Shown: positions 54,183-64,000 of the stretch, piece by piece
Numbering within the stretch: position 1 is the first letter of the stretch
Layout of the letters: each line of letters begins with the position of its first letter
Assembly: GCA_964016885.1 (NCBI GenBank)
Contig: OZ024743.1
Location: 11,718,001 to 11,782,000 of the forward strand
DNA length: 64,000 nucleotides
Source: Eledone cirrhosa
Taxonomy: Eukaryota
Reading direction: 5' to 3'
The notes under the pieces: generated by a model
Seen by the model: the letters and a program-made list of their open reading frames with translations, nothing else
Told to the model about the DNA's origin: nothing
Databases searched by the model: none
Translations under genes and position numbers: made by a program

Positions 54183-55999
54183 CAAATTTGATGAGATGCA
54201 ATTTGGTTTTATACCAAGAAGGAGCACAACAGATATTTCCGAACTTGTGAGAGAATTACCGGAATAACACATAGTGATGTTAACGTATCTATAACTTGCT
54301 TTGTTGATGGTAGCTGTTTATCATTTTTTGATATCTGCCTTTTATTATAGTCCTCAATACCATAACAGGTCAGTTTATGGCCGGGTCACATATAAAAATC
54401 TTTAAGCTGGTGACCCACTTCTTATTGATGAATCTATGAAAGAGCTACAGAAAAGTCCCTATAGTAGAAACTGAACTTAGAGTCAGAGTAAACAAAGCAA
54501 CAATTCAATGCTGCAGTTAGTAAGAAAGAAGACATGGCTCCGGAGCCATTAGGGAACTGGCTATGTTTTATATGTAGAACATATGTAGATGTGAACTCTA
54601 ACGAATGTACATAATGTAAAACATTGGTAGATAAGGGATGCAGTAGGGTTCTGGGCAGACAAACAGAAAATGTAGAGGATTTACATGAATAATTATTTGT
54701 AAGAGACTGGGTGTAATAAACTTTCTTTAAACCATGTATGGACATATGAAGCGTATAGATGTAGATTGTGTGTGGAAAAGAGTCGGGTGTTCGAAATAAA
54801 AGGAAGAAGTAGTAGACGGTCAAGGAAGACTGGACAGAAGATTTAGAGAGGTCTCAAAACGCAGAACGTGACAGAGGAGATGACGTGGGAATGTATTAGG
54901 TGAGAGGAAGTTGTATGGGAAAGGCATATCCCATCCTGGCAAGATTAGAGAATAGGACATAAATATATGATGATGATGATGGTGATGATGATGATGATGG
55001 TGTGTGTATGTGTGTTCGTGTATATCATATGTAGTAACAAATTATATCGACCCTGTATATAAATATGAGCGAGAAGAAACATCTCTCCGCGAGGAAATTA
55101 CTGGGTATATTTCTCTGGCACTGTACATCAGACACTCCATTATCACCCCGGTCATCAGAAATAGACTAAAATAGTATTTGAGATACTAAAAAAGGTACAT
55201 TATTAAGAATTTGACGCTATTCCTCAAAATTTGCTTCAAATTCTACTTTAGTTTTTCGTGTTTTCTATGTCTTCGTTGTTGTCAACCTCCAAGATGACAA
55301 ATTTTCCATCAATAAGAAACGTTTTATTTTCTTCCCATCATATTTTATCCAGTAAAACATGTGTTGTGCAATTCCTTCATTTAAAAAATGTTATGATATT
55401 AGGGTGATTTGACTGCTACGTCTAGCGAGTCTGCACAGGTTCACATTTTGACTTAATTATGATATTATCGGCTGAAAAGGGGAATCATTTTGTTTATGAA
55501 AGTATATGAAACTGAGCTGCGAATGTGTTAGGAAACTGTGAAGTGATATAAAGGTGTCACCTTCGTCAGCGAGCGCGAAATTTTCAGTGAATGGGTTGAT
55601 GTTCAGCCTGTAGAACAACCTGTGGCTTCCTCAGTTTAGAAGTGCTCCACATTAGCATTGCACTGAGAATGGGAAATGATGTTTGTGGATTACTGAAATG
55701 TCACTTTGGTTGGCCTCTCGACTCCACAGCTGTCCATGATTTGTTTGAATGCCCTTCATTTCTCTGGCCTTACTATTGTGATTCGGCGTTCGAGTCACCA
55801 ATATGTCTGAGATTTTGACATATCAAACGGCCAACTCTTTATTCTCGAGTACTGGACACAAAGGGAAGCAACACTCATAAATAATCTACTCCCACATTAA
55901 ATTTAGCAATTGTTGAGTTAATACTGACTAGCTAATATGTAGCGGTCAACTGTCTCACACACCGACCACTTTGGCTCTTTTTGGCTCTCTCTCTCTCTG

Positions 56000-56086
<87 letters not shown>

Positions 56087-56357
56087 ATATCTCTCTCTCT
56101 CCCTCTTTCTCTACTGCCACCTCTCTCTCAGCCAGGTAAACACCTCTTGATTTCGTTCCTCCAGTATAAACAATATGTAACGACAAAACATCACTATGGG
56201 CCTGGCTAACGCCTCAGCCAGTTGACCGTACCGTCTCAAAAGTTTGTTTGTTCATTTCTTTTGGCATGCCAGTCCAGCTAACGCAGCTCTTCTCGCAATC
56301 TTTGTTAATAAATTATATTAAAACGTTGTAAAGTCTTATGATGTTACAAACTTTTAA

Positions 56358-57042
56358 ATCTTCGAGTCATATAACAGAAATACAAACTAACAACAAGAAA
56401 AGATAATCAAGAAGAAAGAAGTCGAACAAGCTATTTATTTACATATTTGAAGAAGAATACATAAATTAAGAATAATGGTGAAACACCTGCTATTGGTATC
56501 GATCTGGGAACAACCTATTCTTGTGCAGGTGTGTTTCAACATGGCAAAGTAGAAATCATTGCCAACGACCAAGGAAACAGGACAACTCCAAGCTACGTGG
56601 CTTTCACGGAGGCCGAAAGACTGGTGGGTGATGCAGCGAAAAACCAAGCGACCCTCAACCCCGAGAACACTGTGTTTGATGCTAAACGTTTAATTGGACG
56701 CCACTTTAACGATACTTCCGTACAACAAGACATGAAGCATTGGCCATTCGGAGTGGTGAACAAAAATGGTAACAAACCACATGTGCAAGTGGAGTACAAG
56801 GGAGAGCAAAAGCAGTTTTCGCCCGAAGAGATTAGTTCGATGGTATTGAGTAAAATGAAGGAGACAGGCGAGTCTTACCTGGGTTGTAAAGTTAAAGACG
56901 CAGTAGTAACAGTACCAGCTTACTTTAACGACTCTCAAAGACAGGCAACGAAAGATTTATTACAAACAATAAATTATATTTTATTTTACAACAATTTCGA
57001 TGTTATATTATTTTTGCTTATTCTTTGTTACATCTAAATGTT
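56358..57042 (+). pseudogene. hsp70: Hsp70 pseudogene at the 3' edge of the array
   Basis: Partial 5' UTR, ATG at 56475 with a 1-bp deletion just after it, coding homology to ...QRQATKD (56956), then a jump to the poly(A) region of the 3' UTR (~1.63 kb deleted). The HSE array is absent. Confidence 0.95.
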
Positions 57043-57109
57043 ATTTTTATGACGATTTTAAAAGGCGAAACGTTTGAAAAGGCGAAACATGCGAAGCTTA
57101 TGAAAGTTA

Positions 57110-57530
57110 TATAACCATCTTGCTCGGTATCTACTCCTGAGTCTACTGCCGGTTGGTTTTGCCCCTAAAATCTGCTCATCGATTCTCTCCTGGGACATTC
57201 TAGCCATATGCCCAATCTATCGGAGCTGTGATCTTTCAATTCGAATTGAATATAGTGAGTTTAGCTACGACGCCTTCTCCTTTCTTCTGATTACTGAATG
57301 CTGAAGCTGGGGCATTACTGCACCAGCTCATGCAATTCGTGCACTTATTTCAGCCTACTGCCTTCCATCACTCGTGAAAACGACCCCGAAACACTTGAAC
57401 TTCTCTACCTGCTTCAGTGGAACTTCATTTCCATGTACAGTGCACTGCGCAGGTTTCCTTGATTTTTATTCTAGTCATGCAGCACTCGGCATCAAACCTA
57501 TTGAGTGTTAGTCGGAGATCACCCCTATTT
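57110..57530 (-). mobile_element. RTE-type LINE RT C-terminal fragment
   Basis: Minus strand reads VPLKQVEKFKCFGVVFTSDGRQ*AEISARIA*AGAVM, the F(K/V)YLG region of RTE elements. Confidence 0.7.
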
Positions 57531-59039
57531 CCAGGGAGACCTGTCTCCACGCAAATTGTAAATAATATATAATAAATAAAATCATTAATTTATATATAAT
57601 TACTAATGTAATATATACTATGTATAAACAAATATGTATTTTTTTTTATTTTACTATATATATATATATATATATATAATATGAATCATTTGATATTTAA
57701 TATACTATTATATCATTTCTACTGCCCCCCAGCACCCCTTGGCCTTCTCAAGCCACGCCCCTCCTGGGGGTAGCACCCACTTTGGGAACCTCTGAGTTAA
57801 CTCCTTCACATTTCTTGAAGTTACGTGTCAATGCAATAAATTAATATCAAATTCTTCTATTAGGCCAATATATTCCGCCTATGTTTTAACAATATGTTTT
57901 TTGTTCTTGTTTAAACCTTGATCAAGTAGAATTGTGGCCAAAGGTTTTGCCTAACCCCTGATCAGAAATGTTTCAGTCGTGTCCATCCTAATACCTTTCA
58001 TGAAATAGAACCACATTATCTGTTTTCTTTCTCGAATGGTACGGTGTGACGTGTGAGAGATTTTGCTGCTATTTCTAGCAGGTTGAGCGATCGCATAGAG
58101 GCTCCTTCGTTAGCTTGTAACAATGTGCTTACATTCTTTTAGTTAATTCCTACAAATTGTTCTAAAAATGACAGTTAAATGCGTCTTTGGAATGCAAAAC
58201 GTGACCAATTCTTAAATTAAAAAGAAAAGAAACGCCAAGAAAAGAAAATCACTTGAAACCCAAAACATTAATGTCGAAAATGTGTATTCTGTGTTCTTAA
58301 CGTAAAATAAATCTGATATTCCAATACAACGATAATTAAGCACATTTGAAAAGGAGGTAGGTAAGTAAAATTATTGTGTTAAAGATTATTTATATTTGAT
58401 AAAATGAATTACATATTTGATAATGCCAGGAAAAATGACATGCAACGCTTTATGCGTTTTGATACCAGTTGAACATTTCTGAGATTCACGATTTAGTTTT
58501 TTTTTTCTGCTCGCCTCTAACCCCATGAAATAAATTTCTGTCTATTCGTGCATCTTACATCAGTCATATTTATCCTTAAAACCATTTCTGTTTGTAGAGT
58601 TTACAACATGGTCTGCCAAGCTACTCCATTTACTAATAATTTTTTGAAAAAAAAAAAAAAAAAAAAAAGAGATCAACTGTATATCTCAACACTATCTTAA
58701 TTAGAAACATTACTTGCCCTACATACAAAACCAATAGATCGATATTGAAGATGATTAACTATCGATTTACTCTTCCCTTAAATATCAAGAAATTGTCGAA
58801 AAGTGTTCTGTTAAACTGTTCTGTTTGAAAATATTTCTATCCACACTGATATTAATATGTATATACTTGTGTGTATACGCAGACACACACACACACACAC
58901 TATTGCATGTTTATGCACACACACATATATACATAACTGTGTATGTAACAATATTAGTTAGAAAAATATTCTATATAGAATCCCACATAAAGCGAGTAGA
59001 ATTACTATGTAAGCTTTTCCAATATCAAAATATTAAAAT

Positions 59040-59360
59040 GGATCTCCGTCGGTTTCGACGATGAGTGTTTCAGTAAAGTCATCTCATGAAATTAACGTAT
59101 ACGTTGCTAAGCATTCCATAGATATGTGTATTTTTAACGTAATTCTCAGGGGTGAGTCAGCGTGTGACAAGGTTGGCCTTTTGAATTACAGGTAGTTCAC
59201 CCGACGGGCTTCCCAACAGTTTCCGTCTACCCAATTCACTCACAAGACATGGGTTGACCCGATGCGATGTTAAATGACACTTCCTCAAGACTCAATGCAG
59301 TGATATCGAACCCGGGACCTAATGATTATGAAACGAACTTCTTAACCATTCGGCCATGCT
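59040..59360 (-). mobile_element. Degenerate SINE
   Basis: tRNA-like head on the minus strand (gcatggccgaatggttaagaagttcg...gggttcgata); body shared with 6040-6300. Confidence 0.65.
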
Positions 59361-59603
59361 GCCACCATTATCAAAATATAAACCAAATATTAATACAAAA
59401 TATTAATACAGACTTTAACCGTTGAATAATTTTTATATCCAGCGTCCCCGATACTTTGTGACCACTGCAAAGCGCGTGAATAATACATCACAACTTAAAT
59501 GCTTTTTATTCTGAATCCAAAATTAAGTACAATTGTGTTTTTAATACATGTTTGAAAAAAAAAAAATGTCCCTATTTATACATACACGTCCAGGAATCCA
59601 CAT

Positions 59604-59846
59604 ATCCATCCATCCATGCATACATACATACATACATACATACATACATACATACATACATACATACATACATCATCATCAACATCAACATCATCATCAT
59701 CATCATCATCATCATAATCATCATCATCATCATCCTCCTCATCCTCATTATCATCATTTAACTCCGCTTTCCCTAGTACTGAAATGGGGCTACTGACTTC
59801 CCAGACAGGCCGAGGGGTATGTATGCCGTTTACATACACACACATC

Positions 59847-59910
<64 letters not shown>

Positions 59911-59942
59911 CCTATCTATCTATCTATACACACACACACACA
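59604..59942. repeat. Compound microsatellite: (CATC)n/(CATA)n/(CAT)n, (TATC)n, (CA)n
   Basis: Directly visible simple repeats. Confidence 0.95.
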
Positions 59943-60790
59943 GGTATCATTTCCTACGACCCACAAATTAATTGCTAAACACATTTGCCGCGTAGCAGCG
60001 CGGTAGAAATATCCAAAGTGACGGAGAGGCTATGATTTGGCGGGAATGAGTGTGGACTGTATAGTAGAAAATGCAGGCTTAATGCTTTTCTTGGTGTAGT
60101 CAAAGCAAAATGTCTCAAAAACTAGGTTTGTTGGCTTGCCAAAATGGAAGTGAAATTGTTTTTGTTTTTTTGTTGTTTTTTTGGGGGGTTGGGTAGGGAA
60201 AATAGAGAGGATACCTGGGAGAAGGGGAACACATTTTAGGGTCACCTTAGAACGCTAAATACCCAGGCGCCGACCCTGCTACGGGTACAACTTTAGAATT
60301 TCATATATCTTAATAGCTTTTCGGTCTTGTCAACAAGGTATACAATATTGAATTGTCACCCGTCAATGCACTGTGTTTGTGACTGAACCTTTTAAGTCCA
60401 GTACCCTTGTGAATGCAAGCAATGGAAATCTATTCAGCAGTAATACAGAATTACATCTCTCCTGAAAATAGATTGTATTGACCAGTCGAATTTGGTCTAG
60501 TGTTTGAGGCTAATATTTAGTGTTAAGGTTTATCACTATCCGCTAATATTGGGGCTTGCCAGAATTTCACGTCAAAGAAGTTTTTATCTAATAAGAAGAC
60601 CTCAAGGTAGTCCTTTTAGGGTAGATGCTACAATGTGATGATCTATTTTTTTACTGGACTAAACATCACCATGAGCTGGCTTCGAAATAAAAATGTAAAC
60701 ATTAAACTAATTTCACTTATTTTAAAAAGTATTTGTTTCCTGATGCTCCCGTCATATAATAAATGAAATTTATTTTTCAGGTTTTTCGCA

Positions 60791-61486
60791 ATGTCTTCCA
60801 CAATCCAGAAATTATTCTGGATGTGCATTACAATTTATATGGCATTTGATGGCAGTTCATTTGTACAAGGAAATAATCATATTTTGAAACTTGTAAATAC
60901 TTCAAAAGAAAACATTCATGAGGCAAAGCCACCTAAATCGAAATTAATAAAACACACTATAGCTGCACCAGGTCAGTCCAATATACAAGATGTGAGGTTT
61001 GCAAAGAATTCATCAAATTACCCTGTTTACAAAATGACAATGGCACCACCTTTGAAAACGGAAAAGTTTATCGCCTTGAAAAATAACACAGCTGACCAAA
61101 CCCAAAAGAAAATCAGTAATGTTTCTGCTACTTCAACACATTCTGAGAGTGGACAGCAGAAAAGAGTGTCTTTATTTTCCTCAAGGTTATTTACAAGAAT
61201 TTCTCATAATCTACTGGGCGTTGGAAATAAAAATGTCAGTAGTAAACCTATGAATGGTTTAAACACTCGTCTCGTTCGAGTATATTCCCCGATGCTGCAA
61301 GGTTTCCATAGGTTGTTCTTAAGGCGACAGCCTTTTGGTAATATTACAGACAAAAACGACACGCTCGTTAAAATTGTTGTAATTTCTAATGAAACCCCAT
61401 CGGAAAGCAATTTGTTCAAACCGTTTTTCGATTTTTTTCGAAAAATGACATTGTCTGTTAACTCATTTCTTCACACTGTGAAATAG
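60791..61486 (+). CDS. Putative secreted, basic, N-glycosylated protein of unknown family (231 aa, one coding exon)
   Basis: Long non-repetitive ORF in AT-rich DNA; hydrophobic N-terminus ending ...SFVQG; splice acceptor tttatttttcag at 60780, 10 nt before the ATG; AATAAA at 61532-61537; eight N-X-S/T sequons. Confidence 0.68.
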   Translation: MSSTIQKLFWMCITIYMAFDGSSFVQGNNHILKLVNTSKENIHEAKPPKSKLIKHTIAAPGQSNIQDVRFAKNSSNYPVYKMTMAPPLKTEKFIALKNNTADQTQKKISNVSATSTHSESGQQKRVSLFSSRLFTRISHNLLGVGNKNVSSKPMNGLNTRLVRVYSPMLQGFHRLFLRRQPFGNITDKNDTLVKIVVISNETPSESNLFKPFFDFFRKMTLSVNSFLHTVK

Positions 61487-61699
61487 ATTTTTGCAGTTAT
61501 TTATCGTTACCTTACTATAAAACGCTATTGCAATAAAGATTGATTTCTTTCATTGGTTTAGTTTATTTTATAAAAAATGATATTTATTTTGACATTGCAC
61601 AGAATCGATTTCTTTCTCCCATCTATAATAGGGGTGTAGTCAATTGAATGAATTCTGGTGTTACATTGATGATGATGATGATGTTACATTGACACTCCC

Positions 61700-63245
61700 A
61701 TTGAGATATTGATGAATCAAAAACCTGGGTGGCAATCGAGCTTCTTTTTGTTAGCTTCTTCAATACGACACGATCAGCTGTTTTGTTGATTCTGGGGTCA
61801 TGATCATGTCTGATTGGAACAGCGTTCGTACAATGTGCTGTGGAAACTTGAACCTAAATCAACATGCAGCTGCCACCCAGAGGCGGTGGAACGGCATACC
61901 CATCTTTGTTCTTGGTTATGTACAAGGATTTTCTCCGGCTTTGAAAAGGCTATAGCTTTCCTCGTAGCACTGTACTGGTGCTGCTGACGGTAGCTACACA
62001 CTCAGCAACTGCCATGGCGCCAACGATAGCGGTTCTCTCCAAGAGTTTTGGGCAACTGCTGAGTAGATGCTCTAATGATGCTATTCCAAAACAAAGCGGC
62101 CACACAGGTGTCTTGCTCTTGCCCCAGATGTGAAAATTAGATGGGTTAGCAGGACATCGTAAACTGCCTGAACCAGGAATCGATGGCGTTGAAGGTCTGC
62201 CCTCATGAAGTTAAACCAGGTAATCTTGCGCAGCAGCACACCTCCAGCCTCGCCCATGCTTCCAGGTGTATACGCCCTACAGTTCTGCTCATTCTATTTT
62301 TCTGCACACCCACTCAGACCTCTTCCTGAGTGAGATGCTGTATTTCATTGCTTCGGAGCTTTCGGACATATCCTAAGCCCTCTCTGCTGGGTGTAATAGT
62401 TCCACCAGCTTTTTTTTTACCCCAGTCTTGACTCTCTACCTACATTGCACTCACTACTCTTCATTTCATTCCCATCCTCATCTTGATACCGACTGTTGCA
62501 ACTTTCTGGTCTCTAGAATCTCTGTAGTTCCGTACCTCTCTTGTTCGTTTCACTATAAACCCCTCTGTGGGACTACTGAATGGGAGCTGCAAATTGTTGC
62601 TTATCTTGTACACTGTTCTGAAAGCCCAATTACATGAACAGAAAGCAGTTGATATTCCTTTCAAGGGACTCCAATGTTGTGAAAGGGGTTGCATAAATCA
62701 ACAGTGGCCACAGGATCTCAGACAGAATAACGTTGTAAATACAGGTCTTGTATATTCCGGGTAAGCTTGACTTATCGACCTTGGTAAGCCAAGCTTCCAG
62801 GTTTTTCTTGGACTCTTTAATGGCAGCATAGTCTTTCAACGTTGTGCTAAAGAACTTCGCCATACGCCTGACTGGTTTCTCTGAAATGGAGGGGATGATT
62901 TTGCAGAGCCGAACTTAGCCCCTGCCAATGTTATCAGCTTCTAGGGAGCCTGCAAAATTGGCTTACTCTTTAACACCGATATAGTTGTAGTGGTCAGGCC
63001 ATCCATGAAAGCTCACCGTGGGCTGAAGTACACCCGACTACGAAAGAGGGCCTCTGCACTTTACTTCGGCTGACTTAGTCACCATGTTCATAGCAAGGAC
63101 AATATAAATAAATAAATATATAAATAAATAAATGAGATGGTAAAACGTGTCATTGCTCTTTTCCCAAGCCAGTACCAGTCTGAAATTACTGGCCCAGAAA
63201 TGACCTTTAACTTGAAATTATTGTAGCAATTCAGGACTCAGTCTT
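61700..63245 (-). mobile_element. Degenerate RLE-type non-LTR retrotransposon (HERO/NeSL-like)
   Basis: Minus-strand peptides LEAWLTKVDKSSLPGIYK...ILWPLLIY...ESLERNINCFL, FLVQAVYDVL, LEHLLSSCPKLLGENRYRWRH, WQLHVDL; many frameshifts. Confidence 0.78.
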
Positions 63246-64000
63246 TGATCATACTGGGAACATGGTGATGGTGTAGTGCAGGCTCAACCTGTCTGTGTGG
63301 TATGGACCCATAGGCATAGATGTAATAATATACAGTAAAATATGCATATATAGTGTACATATTTTTATTAACCATTAGAGCAACAACATAGTTCAATAGC
63401 AAATAAATGAATATAGGAGTCAGTGTTAATTGATACAATGAGATTATTTATGTAATTGAATGATTAAAAACCAGGCCTTGGCTATTTGAGTGAAATTACC
63501 TGACCGAAAATCGGAAACCTAAACGTATACACAAACAACGAAACGAAATTAGTGTCCCATTCCCGACTTAGTTTCCATATAACTTTCTTAATAATATATA
63601 TATATATTCTAATTTTTTCCAAGCTTTATATTATGGTTATGTAGATGAAATTGTTAAAAATAATTTGTTATTGTTAAAATACTTTCATTAGTTTATAGTT
63701 TCACCTCCTAATGTTTTCATCTACAGAAAACTTGCGAAGTGTATTTATAGAAGGTTACAAATCCTGCCTTCTAATTTCATACGTGTTTCTACTTTCCGCA
63801 CAAGGCCAGCAATTTGAAAGGAATGAGAAAGTCGATTAAATCGATCTCTGTTCATTACTGGTACATTATGTTATCGACCCTGCAAGCTAACAGGCGGGAT
63901 TTTATAATAATATCACTCAAGATAAGTCCCAGATTTTACACTGCAAAATAATGTCATTTCTACAATTCTGAATTGTAGGAAAAATAAATACATATTAAAA

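Larger units (their letters stand above)
15615..57042 (+). repeat. Head-to-tail tandem array of a ~7.6-kb Hsp70-containing unit (five complete genes plus partial terminal units)
   Basis: ATG spacings are 7619, 7583, 7583 and 7577 bp. Spacer ORFs recur almost verbatim (e.g. 16155, 23002, 30621, 38204, 45787, 53364). Confidence 0.98.

Noticed and set aside
56531-57037. 168-aa truncated Hsp70 as a functional protein
   Set aside because: It starts at a GTG because the true ATG is frameshifted, covers only part of the ATPase domain, and runs into 3' UTR sequence.
57720-57795. hAT-type MITE end (cccactttgggaacctctg)
   Set aside because: Only one plausible terminus; no matching left TIR or 8-bp TSD could be identified.
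1-64000. CRISPR arrays, operons or other prokaryotic systems
   Set aside because: The sequence is eukaryotic; no repeat-spacer arrays or prokaryotic gene organisation were seen.

Overview
AT-rich, repeat-dense animal genomic DNA; the SINE/LINE tails and microsatellites suggest a cephalopod (octopus-like) source, which is an inference. The window is dominated by a head-to-tail array (~15.6-57.0 kb) of a ~7.6-kb unit. It contains five intact, intronless, nearly identical inducible-type cytosolic Hsp70 genes (635 aa, ending EEID or EEMD rather than EEVD). Each has a 10-bp-phased heat-shock-element array, a perfect CRE and a TATA box. An internally deleted Hsp70 pseudogene lies at each end. The spacers are old transposon relics (LINE, CRE-type RLE element, non-autonomous Helitron) amplified together with the gene. 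Diagnostic variants suggest an A-B-A-B-B history with conversion/recombination. The left flank holds an RTE LINE, SINEs, a mariner fragment, a CRE-like element with a 5' inversion, nested TTAA MITEs, and a Penelope-like GIY-YIG element between (TA)n tracts with a type I hammerhead ribozyme motif. The right flank holds a 231-aa ORF resembling a secreted glycoprotein with no family I recognise, plus a HERO-like RLE retroelement relic. Transposon boundaries are approximate and were read by eye.
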